A stretch of DNA of 64,000 bases, from contig CM097885.1 of the NCBI GenBank assembly GCA_044892525.1, forward strand, positions 236,532,001 through 236,596,000, given 5' to 3'. The first letter of the stretch is position 1. The number at the start of each line of letters is the position of its first letter. Shown piece after piece: positions 13,095 through 26,625 of the stretch. The translations under genes were made by a program, and so were the position numbers. A model generated the notes under the pieces. It saw only the letters and a program-made list of their open reading frames with translations. It searched no databases and had not been told where the DNA came from. The stretch is from Schmidtea polychroa. Its lineage: Eukaryota.

Positions 13095-13935
13095 TATTTA
13101 TTTAAATATTTAAATATAAAAATAAATTTGAAAAAGGATTCACAGCGAAATGGACAAATGAAATTTTAATTATAAATAAAATACATCATACAGCTCCAAT
13201 GACATCTGGTATCATCGATGACAATAATGAAGAAATATTAAGTAGATTTTACAATAATGAATTACAGAAATCAAGTTTTTAACATTTTTCCAAAATTTAA
13301 AAATCAAGTTTTTAATTAAAAAAATTTTCCTCCATCTCATCCTTTTCTCTATTCAAGTAAATATAATTATATTTTTTTTCCAATGGTTATTAACAAACAT
13401 ATCAAACATGATCTTGTCGGGTTCAACATTTTAAAATAAATCACCATAAATCATATTCTTGTCACGCTTGTCTAATTTAAAAAGATGAAACAATTGGAGT
13501 TGTTTCTAATTGAATTTTTATCCAAGGCATAATAAGTTTGAGAGATGCAAATCACATTACAATTATTATGACGTCCTCGAGTAAAATAACTTTTTTGAAT
13601 TTCTTGATTTTTCATATTTACAAAATCATCAAATTACAAAATCATCAAATCCACATTTCAAAAGTTGTAATTCTGGTTGGTTTATAGCTGTAGAATAAAA
13701 TATTAAATTATTATAATCTAAAAAACCATCTCAAAAGAAGTACATTCTTTCCACACCCTGAAGATCCAAAAATTAACAATGTAAAATTATCAGGAAAAAT
13801 TTTATTATTAAATTTACTTTTATGTTTTGTTAAAATTGGATTCCAAATATCCATTTTATTTATTTAAAAATGATGACAGAAGAATCTCTAAAAGAATTAA
13901 TAAATTCAAACAAATGTAAATCAGTAGTAATTGAT
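13095..13935. mobile_element. Deleted Polinton relic: integrase C-terminus (+), ATPase (-), start of core-protein gene (+)
   Basis: FKYKNKFEKGFTAKWTNE...RFYNNELQK, reverse-strand MDIWNPILTKHKSKFNN...KSYFTRGRHNNCNV, and MTEESLKELINSNK. Same gene order as 41300-42350, inverted. Confidence 0.9.
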
Positions 13936-14176
13936 TTGAATATAAATTTGAATGTATAATTAAACCAATAAATTCATTATAAAATACGAAATAAATTTAT
14001 TATCCCCCAACAATAATTATGAAAAAATAACAATAACTATGAAAAATAAAATTGTTTTATTTACAATAAATATTCCTTTTTATAGTTTTTATACTTTACC
14101 TTTAATAACCAGTGTTTTATTTAAATTTGTCTAGACATTTACTTGTAAATAAACAATACACAGAAAAATTACTTAA

Positions 14177-14400
<224 letters not shown>

Positions 14401-15593
14401 AGAACTTTTTCCATTATCGCCACTGATTTCTTTTCAATTGATATTGTATTTATTAAAAACTTGACTATCAGTAAAGAATTATTATTATTATTATCATAAT
14501 TATCAATATCATAATTTTCATTATTTAAGAATCTGAAATATTAAAATTATAATGGTGATAATTGAAAGGATTTAAAATAGAATAAATAATATTCGGTGAA
14601 AATTGAAATTTTATTATAATTTATTTTTTGTTGACAAATCATTTTCGATAAAAAATTTTTTCCCCTTAAATTTATGTAAATAGAAAATCACAGAAATCAA
14701 ATTTATTTTCATTATCGATTTGTTTTGAGAAATTAATTTACTCAAACTCAATTTATAGAAGTTTCTAAAACAACAGAAAAGTAAAAGTAAAATATATTTG
14801 TTTAAGGTTCTGCTAATATTTCCAAAATCTTGTTCAATTAATCCAATTAATCATAAAATTGTGGACAATAATATCTGTCCAGGTTATTTTTTGCAGACTT
14901 TATATTCGAATTTATTTTTATTGGCTGCGCTTAATTTTATCTGGGAATATTTATTGGGAATCAAATTAACTTTAATTTATTTATGGGTTTAATAAATTCT
15001 CTACTTTACTTCCCCTACTATTTCAACAAAACGAAATCATTTTCATTTTAATATCATATAATTAATTAAAAAATTGATATCTCAAAATTCATTGGTCCTT
15101 AATAATAAAACTTAAATTTCATTAAATGTTTTTATTAAAAATTAATTACAAAAATCAAATTTATTTTCATTATATATTTGTTTAATAAACATAATTTTAA
15201 TCATTAATAAAAATAATAATTTTAGTTATGTTGCAATTCACGTTGAAAACAAATTTAAAAAATATTCAATATTATTTAAATTAAAATTATATAAAAATTA
15301 GATTTATTAAAATTATCTATGCGCAGATAAAAGTGAAAATAAAGCAACTTTGTTTAAATTGAAAATATATTTGAGTTTGTGAATTAATAAAAATATGATA
15401 TCTCAAAATTCACTGGTCCTTATTAGTAAAACTTAAATTTCATAATACTTTTTATTAAAAATTAATTACAAAAATCAAATTTATTCTGTACGTTGTTTTT
15501 GTTTTGTATGTTGTATATAATAAAAATGTCAAATAATAAAAATATTTATTAATTTAACAATTAAGATATAAAAAAAACATAAATTTCATAAAA

Positions 15594-15768
<175 letters not shown>

Positions 15769-16290
15769 AAATGATGATTGTTTGGTAGCAGCATTTATTA
15801 TTTAAAACAATAAAATGATAATTTAAGCCTTTTGCTGCAAATAATGTATTTAATGAAAGAATTTTCGACTATACGATAGTCCTTGTCAATCTCCTGGAAT
15901 TTAGCAATGTTCTTCCCCAAAATACCTTTCAATCTTTCTTTTATTTCCTTTCTCTTAATTCTCATTGGTTGTAAATATAATGAATTGTTTTACTAAAAAC
16001 TTTTTAAATTTTTACATTTAAAATTTCAAAATGACACAAACTAAAAATTTTTTAAATTTTATACAGCTTCTATAATTAGCTTCTAGAAGCCTAATAAAAT
16101 ATTTGAAAATATTTTAAATAAAGCCTCCAATAACTACTTATATATGCTATTTAAATATTTCAATAAATGTGTCAATTTTGATTTTCAAACCCTATTTTTT
16201 AAATTTTTTTTCTATATTATTCTAATTATTACTTTTTAATTTATTCTATTTTTTTTTAATTTCTTTATATATTGTCAGTTATTCTCAAAG

Positions 16291-17690
16291 TCAATGACAA
16301 CAGATCAAATTCATGATTTCATTGATTTCTTCTTTAGTGTTGATCTTTGGCTGTCTGTTTATGATGAGAATTGCTTCTTTGATTCTGACATTTTTTTTTT
16401 GGATGTTTCCATTAGCTATAATTTCTATTGAAATATTTTTTCTTTCTTCTGTTGGCTGACACTGCTGGAGATGTCTGCCCAACGAGGATGTTCCACCAGG
16501 ATCTAGATGTTCTTTAACTCTTTGGTGCAGTGTCCTGAGGGTACTTCAAATGTAGATTTCATTGCATACATTGCACGTGATGCAATAGACGATGTTTTTT
16601 CTAAAGCACATATCTTTCGGTGTCTGGCAGTTTTTCATTGTGCAATTGTTTTCTCTGACAGAGCCCTTCTCAATGTCCAAGATTTATGTGCTATCCGAAT
16701 TGGAAGACCGGTACGTTTAAGTTCTTTCAGGATCTTGAAGTCGAGTATGTCACTGATGAATGGGATATTCAGATAGAAATATTTCTGATTCTTTTGTGTT
16801 AATTCCCTAGATCTTCTTGGGGTAGAATTCATTCTTTCAATGTCCTCACCTTGGTATTCGTTTCGGTGTAGGATTTTATTGAAATTTGATTGCTCTTTAA
16901 AGTTTTCGTTTTTCTCCGTGCATCGATTGGCTATTCTTCGTTTCTCGTTTCTTATGACATGTACTTTCTGTAAGTATGGAAGCGCTGATCTTTGGTGCAT
17001 AAATATTTCTTTGCGAGCTGGTTTTCTGTAGAACCCGTATGTTGGAGTATTTTCTTCTATTTTGATTCTCAAATCCAATAAATTGAGGGATTCATCTTCT
17101 TCTGGATATTCGATTTCGAACTTAATATCTTGATGAGCCGCATTGAATGAATGAAATATTTCCTCCGCCTCTTTTCTGTTTTTGGTCGTGATGAAGATAT
17201 CATCTACATATCTTGCATAGAAACCGATGGGTTGTATGGTCCTCAGTGTCTGTCGTTCGAGGTTATCCATAAAGATGATTCCTCCTGGTATCAAAATTAG
17301 ACCTATAGTGTCCAACAAAAATGGACCAACAACTAAAACAAGTTGGCTCCTTGCAAAGATCTTGAAACCTTTATTGGACACGATACCACACCATCTTCAA
17401 AGCAGCGACTGCCTCATGACAAGACTAAATAATAACATGACTTGTCATAGAGAATTCCAATACCCATTTAGTCTTGATGTCGTATCACTATACACATCTA
17501 TCGAACCAACAGAGGCTATTCAATGTTTAGAAAAGAAATTAAGAGAAAGCAACTTGTTAATAAAGGAAATGAATATCGAGAATATCACCAAACTACTTAC
17601 TGTTATCCTCGAGAACACCTATTTTACCTTTGAACAAAATATCTATAAACAAGTTAAAGGTCTGCCTATGGGTTCTAGCATATCAGGACT
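16291..17690 (-). mobile_element. Penelope-like retroelement (RT plus GIY-YIG), 5'-truncated with an inverted 5' part
   Basis: Minus strand: FMDNLE, YARYVDDIF, FEIE, LNLLDL, FYRKP, IPFI, then GIY-YIG remains (RTLHQRVKEH, IKEAILI...PKIN). Plus strand 17280-17690: IRPIVS, SLDVVSLYTSI, YKQVKGLPMGSSISG. Confidence 0.9.
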
Positions 17691-18321
17691 GCAGCAATCT
17701 TTTTTTTTTGTTAGTTTTGCTTTCAATTTTATTTTCGATTTTTTTTTCGTTTTTTTTCTATAGCGATAATTTACTATAGTAAATTATCGTTGTAGTTTTT
17801 TTTTTAATATTTTTATTTCAGGATGTTGGGGGCGCCAAAACAGGAGTAAAAATCCTAATTGAGGTTCTGTTTTGGCCCATAATTATCATTAAAATTGTAA
17901 ATTTCTACTACAATTACTATTCAATCGGGCTACTATTTAATTTAAATAGGAATAACTATCTTCTAAAATCATACATTGCTTTTGTTTTTCAGAATTCAAA
18001 GCTGCTCTAGTTCTATGGTAAGATACATTCACAGAGATGAAAGCTCTTACTCACAACATTTTTAACTTTGATATTCTTTAAATCATTGTTTTTTTAAGAT
18101 GATATCACAAACAGCTGTTGAGTTAACACTGCTTGATATCTCAGAATTGCATGTATGATTGGAATTAAATTTTTTATGCAGAAATTATTAGTTTCTAATC
18201 TGTAGATTAGTGAAAGATGGAAACCACAGTTTAAATCTGAGCGTCCGATAGTCAATCTGCTCTTATTTCTATGCTTGACTTTGTAATTAATCTTATTGAT
18301 CATTGAATAATGCCCTTATAG

Positions 18322-20683
18322 CAGGGGTGTCAACTAATTTTCCTATAAGATCTTCTTCGCGCAGTAAAAATCCTCTGCGATCTACTTTTTCTAAAAAATA
18401 AGAGTAAGAGGAGAAGGCAATATTTAGGGGTCCAAATTTCACGATTTTTAAAATTTCTAACATATACTTATTTAAATTAAATTAAATAAAAATCATATAT
18501 CGATAATATTTATTAATAGTAATAATTAAAAAACATTCACAAGTTTTACATATCTTTTAAAAAAATATAATTTAATTTTTATTGATTATGATAATGTCGT
18601 CTGTTAAGAAGGAAACTGAAAAATACAAAAATATAATTATATTATTTTTACAACTAAAGTAACTTACATAAGAATAGGCAAAAAATCATTTTGAACTTCC
18701 TGATGGTACAATATTTGAATTACTTATTCTACATTGCATCGTGTCTATAATTTGTACATAATTTGATGAATAATTACTCAGACCATTTCTCAAGCAGGAT
18801 TCTTAATGTTCGTCTGTTAAATTAGTTCGGTATTTCGACTTTATTATTTTCATTTGTGAAAATGCTGATTCGCACAAATATGTCGAACCAAAACAGGCGA
18901 ATAAAGTTTCAGCACATTTTTTTTAGATTAGGATATTTATCTTCAGCTAAATATTTCCAGAATTTATCTTCGGAAGCTCTTGCTTTAATATAAATATCAT
19001 TTTGTAAAGTAATAATTTCTGCTTCAAGGGTAAATGTTATCCATATCAAAAATAGTTAAAAGGTTTTCTGCAATTGTCTCTGCTTTAATATTGCTATCAA
19101 ATGGAAAACTCATAAATAAAACTACATTATCAAGTTTTTTAAAATCTTCGAAACGGTTACCAAATTCTTCAATAACGTTCTTAATTTCTTTGATATATTT
19201 ATTTTCATCATAATTAGTAGAAGCAGAACTTTTTAATTGCGCCAACATGTTTGGTAAATTAGATAAATTTTTATTTTCTAGCTTTGATACAAGCAGATTT
19301 AATTTTTCTCTGGAAGCGTTTACAGCACTGATCATATGAAAAATCGTTTTATTAGAACCTTGTAGTTCTAAATTTAAATCATTTAATTTAGCTGTTATAT
19401 CGGTTAAAAATGCCAAATCTAATAACCAAATATCGTCATTTAACTGTTTGTAATCATCGCCTCTTTCGCCATGAAATGGCTTAATGTCATTGATTAGATC
19501 TCTAAATGGCTGTAGAAACTTTCCTCGACTTAACCACCTAACATCAGTATGCATGAGCAGTTCGGATGGTCCACCATCATCAAATTCTTCGACCTGTAGT
19601 TTAAAAAAACGCCTTTGGAGACTTTTTGCGCGAATTGAATTAGAAATTTTGAAAGCTATATTCATAATTTCTTGCATATTTAAAACTTTAGCACAGAGCA
19701 CATGCTGGGGTATTATACAATGATATTGTAAGAAATCGGGAAAATCTTCATCATTTCGACATAGTGCGATGAAACCATTTCGACAACCTGTCATAGCTGG
19801 TGCTCCGTCCGTCGTAATTGAAACAATTTTATAGAGTGGCAATTTAGCAATTTTATAGCAATTTTATTTCACCTCGAGTTTTTCCTTTTAATGGAATGAT
19901 TGTAAGTATTTCTTCTTTAGTCGAAAAGTCTTTAAAAACCATTCTAATGACAATAATCATTTGAGACATGTCAATTGCATCAGTAGATTCATCCAATTGA
20001 AGTGAAAAAGCTTGACAATTCGTAATGTCCTGCATTAATTGTTCTTTTAAATTTGAACTTATTTGGTCCATTCGCTTTGCAACTGTATTGCGTGATAACT
20101 GTAAATCGTTATTCGCAGAAACTATTTCTGACTTATTTTTATAGACACAAAATAAAGAGTCAGCAGCTCCTAAAAATGCATTTTTTAAAATAGCACCATC
20201 ACTAAATGGTTTCTTATTTTTACCAAGAACATAGCATACTCGTAAAGAAGCAATTGTAGCCGACTTTGACTTTGATGTTTTTTTGGTGAAAATTAATTGT
20301 TGCGATGAAAGGCACGCATTAGGTTCAGTAATTTTAGGTTTTCGTAAATCACTTTTTGAAATGTCGTTCCAAATTTCCTTTCTTCGGTAATGAAACACTA
20401 TTATTACAAATTAAACAACAGCATTTCTTTTTTATCATAATAAAGAAATAATCATGCTCCTATTCTTCATGATAGTGATAAGTTTAAATCATTTTAGAAT
20501 TATTCATGGTGTCACAATTTAAAAAATTTTTAATTTATGTCAATTTGATTACTACCACCCGTACAAATAGTTTTTGATTCTTGAAATTGAAAATGGAAAC
20601 TTGAAAGGAAATAAATAACTGAAATATGAATATTTATTGCCGATCGACCTAAAATAATTACGCGATCGACGCTATCGACGCTA
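18322..20683 (-). mobile_element. hAT (Charlie/SPIN, GTF2IRD2-like) DNA transposon, decayed, one TIR retained
   Basis: TIR-like CAGGGGTGTCAA at 18322. Transposase motifs FSLQLDESTD, TTDGAPAM, HCII, VRWLSRG, LAFLTDIT and FGSTYLCESAFS, with frameshifts. Confidence 0.92.
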
Positions 20684-21279
20684 TTATTTAAGTTAATTTG
20701 ATACAATTTATATCATTATGATTAAAATAAAAATAAGACAAAAATTAGTAATAATTTAAAATTATACAATGATTAAAGAGATTTATTTCCCAAATTTATT
20801 TTTTCCAAATTTTTTCGTATTTTATGGAAAATTTTTCAAAAGCTATTTTGATATTACTTTTAATTTTTATTGATTAAATATAATAAATGCGGCTTTTGAT
20901 ATAATCATTGAAGATATTTCTTAATTTAATGACATTTCGTTTTTAGATAATTAATTAATTAAAATTGAATGGATCATAAACTTTTATGGAAGACTTTAAC
21001 AGAAAATTCGAACTAAATATAATGAAACAGACTAAAATTCTGTAATATTAGCATCTCAAGAGATGTGGGGCCAATTAATTATCCCGGCAGCTGGATCAAA
21101 TTTCACCGACTGATCTATGACGTAGATTTTCATGACAGATTCAAACAAACTAATGTTTCACTGGTTCAGCACTGTTTGACATTTACAAGTAAATTTCATT
21201 GTACAGAGAAATAGTGTGAGGAAAAAAAAGAAAATTATACGCTAATCACTAATATCGTTATATTTTCAATTTTTCACGT

Positions 21280-21385
<106 letters not shown>

Positions 21386-21600
21386 CCTTAATTTTTGACT
21401 CCGCCCAGGATAGATTCGAATTCATTCTTTATTCATTATAATTAATTTTAGTCATCTGGTTATTACAAATATTTTCCAATACTTGTGTATATGCATTATC
21501 TTTCGATGAAAAATTCGGTGTAGATTACATTTTCCAATCGAAATTGAAAGACTTTGAAAAGACATCCCTCACTCATAAGGATTAAAAAGATTATATACAT

Positions 21601-23726
21601 TGTGATGTAATTATAATGGGATATTTGATTTCCCTAACCTTTACCCTATATTATGTAATGCCTGCATGTGTGATTTATTACTTTTGATTGTCTGGGTCCT
21701 TAGATTTTGTCACTGATTATTATTTCCCAATAAGCTATTATTGATTGTGTTGGTATCGGCACACCGGGTACTATAAATAGTACAATAATTTCTTAAATAA
21801 AGTTTTTGGAATTTCTCAAGTTATTCTTATTTTTTACATGGCGACCACGCTTTCAACTCAGGAATTATTACGGATTCTGCCACAGTCGAAAATCTATTCA
21901 ATTGGAAACGATTTGGAAGAATTTATTGAGAAGATTATTCAGCTAGAAAATAGTCAAAGAAAAGTAGTTGTTCGAGTTTATTTCGACGAAAATGGCCGCA
22001 ATAAATATGTGAAAATTCCAGATGAAGAAAATTATGCGAAAAGGCTTAGATTGGCATTCGAAGACAACTTTGATTTAGGTAAGAATTTGGAAAAATTTCT
22101 AAATTATCGAAAAAAAGAAGATGATGCAGAAACTTACATCAGTAACATTGAGAAAGGGGTTCAGAAAATATTAAAGCACAAGCTAGCAATGTCTAATTTG
22201 ACAACATTCTTCCTAAAACATTGTCTTGATAATGAAGAAGAAAAATGTGAAATAAAAATATATGAAATTACGGAAGATTTGGTGAAAGTAAAATTATCGA
22301 TAGAAGATTTAAGAAATGATTGGGAGCCAGTACAAAAAGGTGCAATGGCAAATAAATATATTAAAAGAATTTTACAGAAAATGGATGAAGATAAATCCAA
22401 GATACCACAAGTTTCAGCTGTTGGAATTACCTACGCGTCAATTGTGAAAAACGGTCGATACAATAACAATGAGAAAAGAAATAATTATCGAAATCAGTGA
22501 GATCAAAGTGATAAAACAAATGAATTTTCAAAATTACAATGAAATGAATTCCAAGTAAGACGAGCAGAATACCAAAGAAATTTCAGTAGAAATTTCATTG
22601 GAAGACCTCAAAATGGAAACGTATCAAAATCGAAGTTCAGATCAATATTCAAAAGTGCAATGTTACACATGCCGTGAAATTGGTCATTCTTCGGGAATGC
22701 CAAAATATTCGATGTTCGTGTTGTGGTAAAGCAGGTCATTTAGGTTTTCAGTGTTTTCAAAAACAGAATCACCACGAGATGAGATTGCAAACAACTTTGA
22801 ATCAAAGCCATGGGAATTTCAATCGATACAATAGAAATTCTAATCAAGAAAATGATCGAAACAATGGATAAAATCTAGCTGCAGTATATGATGACGAACC
22901 GAACGACTATGATGGACAATCAAAAATATCGGGAAATGTCAAAGCTCCAAACAGAGGGAATATGTTAGGAGCGATAAATCACATGTAAGCAATGATCATT
23001 TTTTGAGGACCCTAAATGCTAAATGTAATGATTGTTTGGTTGATTGTTTGTTTGATAATCTTAATGTTGATTTTTTCCCCAATCAAAATTTTGATTCTGA
23101 TTTTTATTTAATTAATAATTGTAATACTCAACAAAATGTGAATGACTGTATATTCGTGAGTGATTATGATAAAAATGATAGTTTTTTAAATATATCGAAT
23201 AAAAAAATTAAAATTACCGAGTGTTAATGTTATTAAAGATATATATGATATACTATAGATATAGGATACTGTAATGTAGATGGTAGACCATTTAATAATG
23301 TTAGATTAAATAATGTGAATTTTAATTCATTTTTTGGCACAGGAGCAAAAATAAGTGTTTTATCCGAAACGATTGCTGAAAAATTGAATTTAAATTGAAT
23401 TTAGAAAAATCCAATCTGATTTATGAAATAGTTGTTGAATTCTCAGTTATTTTTATGTATAATAAATGGGATATAGGCAAAACAGATATTTTAGAGCACA
23501 GAATAGAAACTACTTGCAACCCAATACCATTTAAGGCGCGGCGACAACCAATGCATTATGAGGAAAAACTAGAGGAAATTGTTAAAAACCTAGAGGAAAA
23601 TAAAATTATAAAGAAATGCGAATCACTATGGAATTCACCTATAGTATGTGTGTCAAAAAAGGGAATTTCTGAAATTCGGATATGTTTGGATTTTAGGATT
23701 TTAAATTCAAATACAGTTATACCTAA
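21601..23726 (+). mobile_element. 3'-truncated Gypsy element related to 3028-7464 (LTR about 21601-21838, PBS 21839-21849, gag, PR, start of RT)
   Basis: TG...CA LTR with TATAAA and ATAAA, PBS TGGCGACCACG, gag MATTLSTQ..., knuckle CSCCGKAGHLGFQC, GTGAKISVL, KWDIGKT..HRIET, SLWNSPIVCV and CLDFR. Left boundary approximate. Confidence 0.88.
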
Positions 23727-26059
23727 CTAGAGATGATAATTTCTCATTGATTGATCATAATTCCTCATCGATTCAGTTAATTATATTCATTATAACTCGA
23801 TATATCTTTCAAACTAAATCAGTATATACATTAATTTTCATGAAAATTTCAAATATATCATTATGATAAAATTACCAGGTTTCAACTTTAGATGCTCAAT
23901 ATTTAAAAGTTTATCAATGTGTATACATTCTTAGAAAATAGAATCCTAGAATCGAGTAATGCCTTGGATAAAAATTATTATAAGTTATTAAATAATAGAC
24001 GAAACACATGGAACGTTCCAAACAAGACTGGAGAAACCTTTGTAGGGTTTATTGGGTCGGTGATGAGTGATAAATTCAACAATTACGTTTCTGACTGCTA
24101 GCGCGTTTTATCAATTCACAAATTTATAAATTCGACAAAGGAAACCTTCATTAATAATCACAATAGATTGTACAAGTTACAATTACATCCTCCAATCAAC
24201 TCTAATATAGAAAATTATCCAGAGCTTATTACGTCAATACTTGAAGGATAGCTCTCCGTGTACAATTCGCCAATAACAATAATAATCACTAATCGTCGAT
24301 TGATTTAATCACAGGAATACGTTACTCGATCGCTTTATTGCTTTGACCACCATCAATCACTCCTTTTCCACATTTATATTAGGTTTACAAAGATTCTCGT
24401 TATCATCAATCAAATATATCTTCTTAATTCTGAACTCTTTTTATTCAACTTTTTACTTCTTCTTTTAACTTTTCTTTTAACTCCCCTTTTCAACTATTTT
24501 AATTCTCCTCTATTTAACTCTTTTCTAACTCTCTTCTAACTAACTCCTAACTAACTCTTTTCTAACTCTGTCTGGTCTCGGTATCTTTCCCTTTTATAGT
24601 TTGTTACATTTGAGATACTTAAGATAAATTTGTTTTCCATTTTTCTTCTTCCTGTTTTTCCACTGCCCTTACCTTATCTCTGACAGATGTCGAGATAAGC
24701 CTTGCTTTGTCCCTCTTTTTGTAAGGCCGACTTTTCAGATTTCCTCAACACTTTTAATTCTGCCCCTGTATTTCTAAAAATTTCGTATACTCCTCGGGGG
24801 TGGGACAGTAGATGTTTAAACTTTGAAACATATCACAGCCGTTACCAATATTTCCTGGAGTTATTTATTTGTTATAAACTCGATATCAGCAGCAGGACAC
24901 AGGGTTCTTCACTCGCGTGAGAATATAATGAAATTAGTTAATTAAATAAATAAAAGTAAAAAATTATATTAAACGAATGTGTGATGTGGGTTGATATGAT
25001 ATGCAAATTTTTTATACATACATTACTCGACGTAGAATAAAAATTCTTGTGGAAATTTTTTTGAATATTTCAAACAAATTGAATTGTTTTTGAATTTAAT
25101 AAATATTAGTATTTAATTATGGACGTTATAAATACAGAAAGTATAACAACTAACAACTCGGACCCACAAATAATGAATAATATAAACATGTTTAAAATAT
25201 CGATTAAATTAGAAATGCATGTATAGTTCTACAAAGTCATGAAAACATTTATAACGGAATCGATAAATTATAAAATTCAGAGATGGATGCGTCTCATCTT
25301 AATATATTATTAATTCATATAGTCAAATTAAAAAATAATTTTATTTTAAATAAGACACAATGTGGGTTTCATATCAGTAAAAAGTAAATTAGACGCGTCT
25401 TACATGCACGAAAATACGGTAATAAAGTTTAACGCGTATATAAAATTAAACTAAGTAATATTGCGTGAACTCTTTAAGTTATATTTTTAAAAAATTAAAT
25501 TTATTTCACATCAGTAGGAAATATTTAAACGAATTTGGACATTTCTATTATCATTTTGAAATAACAATTGAAAGACAATATAACATTTGCGCAGATGAAA
25601 ATTGTCTGGGCAATTAAAAAATCTATTTTATATTTATTCAATTCAATAAAACAAAATTTTGAAATTTCTTAAATTTGGTTTCATTGAATTGAATAAATAT
25701 AAAACAAATATAAAAGATTAATTGTTTCTCGTATAATTTTTGTCAAAAAATATTATTACATTAAATTTATTAAATGTGAAATGAAAATAAAATAAAAAAG
25801 ATTTATAATAAAATTTCATGTAATTTAAATGTAGATTATTAACCTTCCTAAGACCAAATAACCCAACATCATATTTTTTTTGAAAATTTCTGTTAAATTT
25901 AGAATCTAATGCATCCGCCATTTAGTTATTCCAAGTGTGATAATTTATTATCACTTTGAATCTATTTCATAAAAAAAAATAATCCTATTCGCATGAAAAC
26001 AGGTGTTCCCGATTTAGCATATTATGATAAGCTACCGATATCTGCGACTGGTACAAATT

Positions 26060-26175
26060 GTAGGTATTCACTTTATACTCGTCAACAAGATTCCAAATGT
26101 CAGAAAATATGTAACAAATGTTCAGTATTTGTGTGTACAGATCATTCCACTAGCATTATAATATATAAAACTTGA
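26060..26175 (+). mobile_element. piggyBac transposase C-terminal cysteine-rich domain relic
   Basis: CQKICNKCSVFVCTDH resembles the piggyBac CRD pattern C..C...VC..H. Confidence 0.45.
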
Positions 26176-26315
26176 GATAAATAATGTGTTACTATATGTA
26201 ATAATATAAGTAATGTTCATTTTGTTTATGAAATATATTTTATAGAATATATTTTATTTTTATACTTTAAAATTATTTAAACCCTTTAGACTAGCAATAG
26301 CAAAGTGAAAAAGTA

Positions 26316-26625
26316 TTGTGGTACAAATTTACTATAATTTTATCTTTACCTGGATCTATTATTATTAATTTTTTGTACGGTGATTCTTTATTATTTATTC
26401 TACAGAATCCAGTTGGTTTATTTCATGCCTCAATTATCTGGTATTTAATTCATTACTGTCCTGAAGATATAGTTTATAAATTGTGCAATTTTTTACCAAT
26501 CTTCACAATCATATACTTAATGAAAGAATTGCAGAGATGTAAAAATATATTTCCCGAGATTGATGAAGTGAATGACCAATTTCCTCACTCGTATTTAATA
26601 TGGATCATTGCAGGAACGATGAAAG
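26316..26625 (+). pseudogene. TMEM38/TRIC cation channel-like exon or fragment
   Basis: PGSIIINFLYG...ASIIWYLIHYCPEDIVYKLCNFLP...MKELQR...YLIWIIAGTMK matches the TRIC pattern GG.I...L...A..WY..F.CP.D......LP......KE..R...G..(K/R)G. No other exons recognised nearby. Confidence 0.7.
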
